From the NCBI GenBank assembly GCA_044344255.1, contig JBIJDH010000007.1, positions 192,001 through 256,000 of the forward strand: DNA of 64,000 nt, in the 5' to 3' direction. Position 1 is the first letter of the stretch; the number at the start of each line of letters is the position of its first letter. Positions 58,147 through 64,000 of the stretch are shown here, piece after piece. Source of the DNA: Myxococcota bacterium (GTDB lineage: Bacteria; Myxococcota_A; UBA796; UBA2385). A program made the translations under genes and the position numbers. The notes under the pieces are model-generated. The model did not search any database. It worked only from the letters and a program-made list of their open reading frames with translations, and was not told the DNA's origin.

Positions 58147-58898
58147 ATGCACCTCCGCCTCTCCGAGCCCCTGGGCATCGACCCCCGCGTAGACATCGTC
58201 ATTCACAAGCTCTTCGGCTCGAGATGCAGCGCCGGAACGATACGGCCCTCCCTCAACGAATGTTGTGGAGCTGGTCGAGGGTGTATGGGACGGAGCTCGA
58301 CAAGAGCGAGGACCACGCGGAGCTCAAGCCCGTGATCGCGGTCTGGATCTGCGAGACCGACCTCTTCCCGAGCTCCAAGCAGTCCCACCTGCGCTTCCAG
58401 ATGCGGGAGGAGAGGGAGGGTTTCCTGCTGCATGGCGACGCGCAGATCGACGTGCTGCAGCTCCGCCGTTGGTGGAGCGCCCGCAAGGACATCCTCGCAT
58501 CCTCCGTGGGCGCGTGGTTCTGGTTTTTCAACGAAGCGAAGGATTGGACAGAGGTTCCCGCCGAGATCGACAGCCCCACAATGGAGCAGGCCATGGAGAT
58601 CCTCCACGACTTCCGAAAAGACACCTTCCTCAATGATCTCTATCGTAAGCGTGAGGAGGCTCAACGCATCGAGCGCGGTGCGCAGAAGGCTTTGGAGAGG
58701 GCCGAGCGCGGTGAGGCGGAGGAGCGAAGGCAGAAGGAGGCCGCGCTGCTGGCGAAGGAGGCCGAGCGCGAGGCGAAGGAGGCCGCGCTGCTGGCGAAAG
58801 AGGCCGCCCTGGTGGCAAAGGAGGCCGCCCTCGCCGAGGCCGAGCGCCTGCGGTCCCTGCTCCTCGCGGCCGGGATCCGCCTGCCGGATGCCGACTGA
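58147..58898 (+). pseudogene. Rpn/PD-(D/E)XK nuclease-family (PDDEXK_2-like) gene with internal deletion and frameshift
   Basis: IDPRVDIVIHKLFG joined out of frame at ~58218 to LEMQ...RMLWSWSRVY..LKPVIAVWI; C-terminal KEAALLA repeats. Confidence 0.8.
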
Positions 58899-58970
58899 CT
58901 GACCACGCGGCGCACCTTTTCAGTGGCGCCCCGCCAGAGAATGGCGCGGCATTGGAAATACAACAGTTCA

Positions 58971-59012
58971 ATGGCCCCGAAGGGCGAAACGATGGCCCCG
59001 AAGGGCGAAACG
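58971..59012. repeat. Two 21-bp hairpin units (ATGGCCCCGAAGGGCGAAACG)
   Basis: Same core as the nine-unit array, placed downstream of glutaredoxin copy 2. Confidence 0.9.
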
Positions 59013-59020
59013 GCGGCGGC

Positions 59021-59425
59021 CTACTGCGCGCGGGGGGCGGCGGCGGCCTGCTCGAGCCACTCGATGATGTCGGCCGACTCGAAGAGGGGCTCGCCGTCGA
59101 TGAAGAGGCAGGGCACCTGGGTGCGGCCGGTCTGGCGGTAGAGCTCGCCGGAGGCCGCGGGGTCGGTGCGGGTGTCGCGGGTGGGCACGGTGATGCCGAG
59201 CTCGGCGATGCGGCGCTGGACCCGCCGACAATAGGGGCAGGCGTCGTACTTGTAGAGCAGCAGCTCGGACTGGAGCGAGGGCCCCGCAGAGGGGGCGGCG
59301 GGCGTGGTCACGGGGGCGGCCTCGCGGCGTGGCGGCGTGGCGGTAGGGGCCGCGCTCGGGGGGACGGAGGGGCGACCGGCGGGGGCCGGCTCGCCTTTCA
59401 GGAGGCGGCGGAGTCGGGACAGCAT
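59021..59425 (-). CDS. Glutaredoxin-family protein, copy 2
   Basis: CPYC, TGRTQVPCLFIDG, ESADII; three amino-acid differences from copy 1. Confidence 0.9.
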   Translation of the reverse strand: MLSRLRRLLKGEPAPAGRPSVPPSAAPTATPPRREAAPVTTPAAPSAGPSLQSELLLYKYDACPYCRRVQRRIAELGITVPTRDTRTDPAASGELYRQTGRTQVPCLFIDGEPLFESADIIEWLEQAAAAPRAQ

Positions 59426-59428
59426 GGG

Positions 59429-60235
59429 CTACTCCTCCCCCGATCCGTCGTCGTCGTCGAGCGCTCCCCCGTCGTCGTCTGCCCCTTCGTCGTCGCCCTC
59501 TCCCTCGCCCTCGTCGTCTCCCTCGTCGAGCGTGCCTTCGAGGCGGGCCGCGCCCTCTCGGAGGGCGACGAGGTTGCGGATGAGCTCGGGCGGGAGCGGG
59601 TCCTCGAAGATGGGGCCGCCGTCGGGGAAGCTCAGGAGGCGGGCGTGGAGCCAGAGCCGCCCGGGGTAGGCTGGGATGGGGCGGAAGCGCCGCGGGTGGT
59701 AGCGCTCGTCTCCGACCACGGCGTGGCCGATGCTCTGGAGGTGGCGGCGGAGCTGGTGCTTGCGGCCCGTCTCGGGCCGGATGGCGACGAGGGTGAAGGC
59801 GCCGATCCACTCGAGGCTGCGGTAGCGGCTGAGCGCGGGGAGGGGGCGGCCGCGGCGGGCGTCGGCCAGGGGGCGGTTGATGACGCCCTTCTTGCGGGCG
59901 CGCCCGTGCACGAGGCAGAGGTAGGTCTTCTCGACGCTGCCCTCGGCGAAGCGCTTGCCGTACTCGCCGCGCACGGCGGGGTCCGCGGCGAAGAGCACGA
60001 GGCCCGAGGCGTCGGCGTCGATGCGGTTGATCGGCGCGAGGCCGCGGGGGAGGCCCGGCTGGCGGCGGATCCAGGTGAGGAGGTCTTCCGGGCCGCCGGG
60101 GTTGCCCGGGTGCACGGGCATGCCGGAGGGCTTGTGGAAGGCGTAGAGCCCGAGGGCCTCGCGGTGCTCGAGCAGGCGGGGCGCGTCCACGAGCAAGGGC
60201 TCGGGCTCGGTCGGATCGGGGACGGTGTCGGCCAT
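59429..60235 (-). CDS. RluA-family RNA pseudouridine synthase
   Basis: KPSGMPVH, NRIDADASG (catalytic Asp), TGRKHQLR, VGDERY, LWLHA; acidic tail. Confidence 0.9.
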   Translation of the reverse strand: MADTVPDPTEPEPLLVDAPRLLEHREALGLYAFHKPSGMPVHPGNPGGPEDLLTWIRRQPGLPRGLAPINRIDADASGLVLFAADPAVRGEYGKRFAEGSVEKTYLCLVHGRARKKGVINRPLADARRGRPLPALSRYRSLEWIGAFTLVAIRPETGRKHQLRRHLQSIGHAVVGDERYHPRRFRPIPAYPGRLWLHARLLSFPDGGPIFEDPLPPELIRNLVALREGAARLEGTLDEGDDEGEGEGDDEGADDDGGALDDDDGSGEE

Positions 60236-60293
60236 CGGTCGGCCTTACCCGGTTGTGCGGCCGGCGTCCGCCGCCCCGCGATAGCGAGGGCCG

Positions 60294-61748
60294 ATGTCTC
60301 AACACCGCCCGCTCTTCGCGGTCTGGGCCCTCGGCCTCCTGGTCCACGGCCTCTGGGCGCTCACGGTCCGGGAGCCGGTCGACTGGGACCCCGCCTACTA
60401 CGAGGCCGTGGCGCGCAACATCGCCCAGGGCCGCGGGGCGGTGACCGACGCGGTGTGGATGCTCAGCGCCCTGCCCGACGCCCTGCCCGCCGTGGCCGAC
60501 ACCCACTGGATGCCGCTGCCCTCGCGGGTGCTCGTGCCCTTCCTGTTGCTCTGGCCGGGCGGCGGCGCGCAGCTCGGCACGGTGCTCCTGGCCGCGCTCT
60601 GGGCCCCCCTGGCCCTGGCCCTCGCCCGGGCCCTCGGGGCGGAGCCGCGGGTGGCGCTCGGCGCGGGGCTGCTCTGCGCCCTTGGCGGGGGCTACAGCCG
60701 CTTCCTCTCCACGCCCGACTCCATCGCGCTCTACGGGCTCCTCGGGGCCGGGGGGCTCCTCGCCGTGCAGCGCGGCCGCCCCGGGGCCGCGGCGGCGGTC
60801 GCCGCGCTGGCCGCCCTGTGCCGCGGCGACGGCTTCCTGCTCGGCCCCTGCCTCGCCCTCGGCCTCTCCGGCCCTGCGGCGCTCGGCGTGGCCGTGGCCG
60901 GGCCCCTCGCCGCCGCCGCCTGGCTGCTGCGGAGCCTCGCCCTCGCGGGCCCCCTCGTCTGGTCGGCCCGCGCCGCCGCCGCCGCCGCCCCCACCCTCGA
61001 GGCCCTCGTCCTCGGCGACCCGCGGGTGGCGAGCCTCGGGGAGCGGGGCCTCGCCTGGCTGCACGAGCTCCCCGAGCTGCTCGTCCTGGTGGGCGTCGTG
61101 GGCGTCTTCCTCCTCCCCTGGCCGGCGCTCGCGGCCGCCTGGGCGGCGCGCCGGGAGCCCGCGGTGCGCGCGGCCGTCGCCTACGCCCTGCTGATGCCGA
61201 CGGTGACGATGCTCTCGGCCCCTGGGGTCGCCGGATCGGGCACGGCCTTCCGCTCGGGCGCGGCGCTCTTCCCGCTCTTCACGGCGCTCGCCGCCCTCGG
61301 CCTCGCCGCGGCCGGCCGCTTCACCGCCGCTCGGCGGGGCTACCCGGCGTGGTTTGTCCCCGCGCTCACGGGCCTCGGCTTCGCCGTGGGCTCGGTCGGC
61401 CTCGGCCTCTCCCTCCGCGCGGCCCGCCCGGCCCCAGAGCTTGACTGCGGGGCCCTCGACGGGCTGCCGGCCGGGGCGGTGGTCTTCGCCGCCGAGCCCC
61501 TCCACGTGGCCGACCTCTGTGGGCGCCCTGCGGTCATCCTCCCCCACGATCTCGACCCCGCGCAGGTCCCCGCCCTGGTCGCCCGCTTCCGGATCGCGGG
61601 CGCCCTGCTGGCCCCGGCACGCGGGATGAGCACGCTCGGCGCCACGGTCGAAGACGCGCCCCGCCTGCTCCCGGGCTGGCGGGCCGCGGGGCCGCAGCTC
61701 TATCTGCCGCCGGGCGCCCTGCCCGGGCCCGGTCAGCCGGCGCTGTAG
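60294..61748 (+). CDS. Polytopic membrane protein, GT-C/ArnT-like glycosyltransferase candidate
   Basis: DWDPAYY loop after TM1, HWMPLPS, PDS, RGDG; many TMs. Confidence 0.6.
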   Translation: MSQHRPLFAVWALGLLVHGLWALTVREPVDWDPAYYEAVARNIAQGRGAVTDAVWMLSALPDALPAVADTHWMPLPSRVLVPFLLLWPGGGAQLGTVLLAALWAPLALALARALGAEPRVALGAGLLCALGGGYSRFLSTPDSIALYGLLGAGGLLAVQRGRPGAAAAVAALAALCRGDGFLLGPCLALGLSGPAALGVAVAGPLAAAAWLLRSLALAGPLVWSARAAAAAAPTLEALVLGDPRVASLGERGLAWLHELPELLVLVGVVGVFLLPWPALAAAWAARREPAVRAAVAYALLMPTVTMLSAPGVAGSGTAFRSGAALFPLFTALAALGLAAAGRFTAARRGYPAWFVPALTGLGFAVGSVGLGLSLRAARPAPELDCGALDGLPAGAVVFAAEPLHVADLCGRPAVILPHDLDPAQVPALVARFRIAGALLAPARGMSTLGATVEDAPRLLPGWRAAGPQLYLPPGALPGPGQPAL

Positions 61749-62428
61749 GCCATCTGCACCGCCTGGCTCGCCGCCGAGAGCGCGGGCAGCGCCGCCCAGC
61801 CGACGAGGCCGGTGCTGGTGCGGATGAGGTAATGCTCGGGCTTGTCCTGGCTCTCGAGCAGGATGGTGATCTTGCTGCCCGCCTTCGTATTGGCGACCAC
61901 CGGGCCGCCGGTGGGCTCGAGGGACAGGGTGAGGCTCTTCTCGGTCACCACCTCGAGGTTGACGTAGCGGAAGGGCTGCCGGACCAGCGTGAGCCCGGTG
62001 CGGCCGGCGTCGAGGCTGTACTTGTCGAGGTGCTCGCCGAGGCGCCCGGGGTTCTTCACGAGCACGAAGCCGTTGCCCGGTGCCTCGATCTGGACGGCGT
62101 CGAGGGTCTTCCAGGCCTGGCCCAGGACGGGGATCTGCCGGATGGCGCCCTTCTCATAGGCGTAGAGGTCACAGGCGCGGTCGGCCCGGGGGGCCTCGCC
62201 GCAGAGGATGAGCTCCTTCGGACCGTCGCTCGGGTTGACGTCTGCCAGCGAGACGCTGCAGGTGAAGCCATCGTAGCCGCACTCGAAGGAGGCGGCCCCG
62301 ACCTTGATCTTCCCGGGCTCTGCGCGCGCGACCTCTGCCTTGCCGTCCCCGTCGAGGTCCGCGCTCAAGGGTGGGGCGGCCGCCGCGGGCCGGGGCGCGA
62401 GGGAGAGAACGAGCAGGAGCGCGGACAT
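61733..62428 (-). CDS. Hypothetical exported protein with possible C-terminal SH3-like domain
   Basis: Signal peptide, ADLDGDG motif, YLIRTSTGLVGW. Confidence 0.65.
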   Translation of the reverse strand: MSALLLVLSLAPRPAAAAPPLSADLDGDGKAEVARAEPGKIKVGAASFECGYDGFTCSVSLADVNPSDGPKELILCGEAPRADRACDLYAYEKGAIRQIPVLGQAWKTLDAVQIEAPGNGFVLVKNPGRLGEHLDKYSLDAGRTGLTLVRQPFRYVNLEVVTEKSLTLSLEPTGGPVVANTKAGSKITILLESQDKPEHYLIRTSTGLVGWAALPALSAASQAVQMAYSAG

Positions 62429-62962
62429 GGGACCTCGGGGCGGAGCGGAGGGGGGCGGGCTGCGGGGCCCTCCCGGTCGAAGGTAGCGCGCGCACCGGGC
62501 CTTGTCCGCGGCGCGGGGCGGAGCTGTGGCTCTTCGTCCGTCGAGATGAACGGTCGAGCGCTCGGCGCGCCTCACCCGCCTCTTCACCCCCGCCCGCCTC
62601 TACGAGTCAGGCTCCTCTTCGATCCCTCGCTGGCCGCGCCGAAGGAGCTGCAGGAAGGAGGCGCAGCCGACGAGGGAAGCGGAGGCGCGCGGGCGCTCCG
62701 CTGACCGGCCCGCGGGGCTCCAAGGGCTGGGGTTCAGTCGAAGCTCGCCGGACGAAGGGCGAGATCACCCACCGCTGCACGCTCCCATTGCCGCACGGCC
62801 GCTTCAGTGGCAAGCTGCACGACAGGGGCGGACGGCAGGGTGTTCCTGAGGTCGGTCCTGTTGATTCTCTCCGCGATGGGCCAGTTGTTCAACCCTCCCC
62901 TACCGGCGGTCCTCGTCGCCCTCCAACCGCCTCGGGAGGCCTCCCGCGCTTCCGGCGTCCGC

Positions 62963-64000
62963 GTGGCGCCCGCCCGGAGTTGTCGTCAGGCTCGTCGGTC
63001 GGCGCCGATAGTTGCGGGGCTGCTGGTCTCGTTGTGCATCTCGTCATGCCGCAGCGGGATGGGAAAGGCGTCGGCACACACGGAGGGGAATGACACGGCT
63101 CCGATTGGTGCGGACTCCGGCGGGGACTCCGGAGCGGTCGCTCCTCTTCCATGGGAGGCAATACTGTGGGACGAGGTTCAAATCGAGATGGTGAGCGTCC
63201 CTGCTGGGAGCTACGTCAAGGGAAGTCCAGAGGGAGAGGTCGGAAGAATCGCCGCAAGCGAGGCGCAGTACAATGTAACCCTCACTCATGCCATTGAGGT
63301 CAGCACCAAGGAGATCGACGCCCGCACCTTCATGGCTTCTGGATTCCAGGGCGACTGGGCGACAACATACGTGTGCGATCTTTGCGATGGTGAGTGTGGT
63401 ACCTGCCCGATGAGCGTGTGGGACTCTTTCGACGCAAAGTGGTTCGCGAACCAATTGTCCCTACGCGCTGGACTGGAAGAGTGCTATGACTGTGCCGAAG
63501 ATGTGGGGTCAGCCTCTGGCGGCAATTTCAGTTGCACTCTTAAGGGGAACCCCTACGAGTGTGCTGGTTATCGCGTGCCGACCGACGCCGAATGGGAATA
63601 CGTCGCGCGTGCGGGGGACACGGCGGCATTTCCATGGGGAGCAGAAATTCTCGCCGGCACCGAGGAAGACTGTGAGGATGAGACTCTTCGACTGAGCGAC
63701 GAGACCATCCTCGGGGATTATGCCGTTTACTGCGGAAACTCCGTAACTGACTCCTACGAGTTTCTCTCGAAGACTGCACCGACCGGCAGCAAGCCGCCGA
63801 ATGCTTGGGGGATTTATGATACATCGGGCAACGCGGCGGAGTGGGTGGAGGACCGATGGCATGAAGATCCGTCCGCAGAGGGATCGGTGAGTGATCCCTA
63901 TTACAAGTGGGATGGCGAATGGCTCGACTACGTCACGGTTCGGGGGTACAACCAGCATGGCAAGCCATATTTAATGCGAAGTGCGGTGCGCATTCCGGCC
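62963..64000 (+). CDS. FGE-sulfatase/SUMF1 (C-type lectin fold) lipoprotein, runs off the window end (not in ORF track)
   Basis: Open frame by manual translation: MVSVPAGSYVKGSPEGEVGR, YRVPTDAEWEYVARAG, FPWG, PNAWGIYDTSGNAAEWVED. Start uncertain; lower GC. Confidence 0.85.
   Translation, partial: MAPARSCRQARRSAPIVAGLLVSLCISSCRSGMGKASAHTEGNDTAPIGADSGGDSGAVAPLPWEAILWDEVQIEMVSVPAGSYVKGSPEGEVGRIAASEAQYNVTLTHAIEVSTKEIDARTFMASGFQGDWATTYVCDLCDGECGTCPMSVWDSFDAKWFANQLSLRAGLEECYDCAEDVGSASGGNFSCTLKGNPYECAGYRVPTDAEWEYVARAGDTAAFPWGAEILAGTEEDCEDETLRLSDETILGDYAVYCGNSVTDSYEFLSKTAPTGSKPPNAWGIYDTSGNAAEWVEDRWHEDPSAEGSVSDPYYKWDGEWLDYVTVRGYNQHGKPYLMRSAVRIPA

Noticed and set aside
62963..64000. Diversity-generating retroelement
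   Set aside because: No reverse transcriptase or template repeat within the window.

Overview
High-GC window (about 70% by eye), most likely from a Myxococcota-type deltaproteobacterium. This is inferred from a MYXO-CTERM-like tail, MopE-type Cys/Asp repeats and zinc-ribbon/GYF/TPR proteins. The first ~40 kb is core-like. It holds glmU, a PcrA/UvrD helicase, two tandem ZnR-GYF-TM-TPR proteins, NUDIX, nitrilase, sulfatase-like and MMPL genes. It also holds a complete minus-strand Tad/Flp pilus locus: flp (absent from the ORF track), cpaA-B-C-E-F, tadB-C-D, a lipoprotein, a histidine kinase, a degenerate NtrC-type regulator, a flippase-like gene, tadG and two tadE. Then come rnd, a DUF3419-like gene, a phosphomannomutase and a beta-solenoid/HEAT protein. 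From ~40.4 kb the region is accessory and mosaic. It has a lower-GC lipoprotein gene bracketed by inverted IS91/ISCR oriIS-like ends, an orphan DNA methyltransferase beside an ABC/AAA-ATPase relic, an Ntn acylase lipoprotein and katG. Further on are a FAAL-PKS-reductase megasynthase collapsed to ~0.9 kb, an atypical tRNA-Leu(UAA) with a 6-nt variable loop, and an array of nine 21-bp cUUCGg hairpins. A duplicated glutaredoxin segment flanks a nuclease-deleted Rpn/PD-(D/E)XK gene, and an FGE/C-type-lectin-fold lipoprotein runs off the window end. The best novelty candidates are the oriIS-bracketed cargo cassette, the Tad locus with its built-in regulators and possible phase variation, the short-arm tRNA-Leu(UAA), and the recurrent short-homology gene collapse. 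All calls come from reading motifs by eye; no searches were run.
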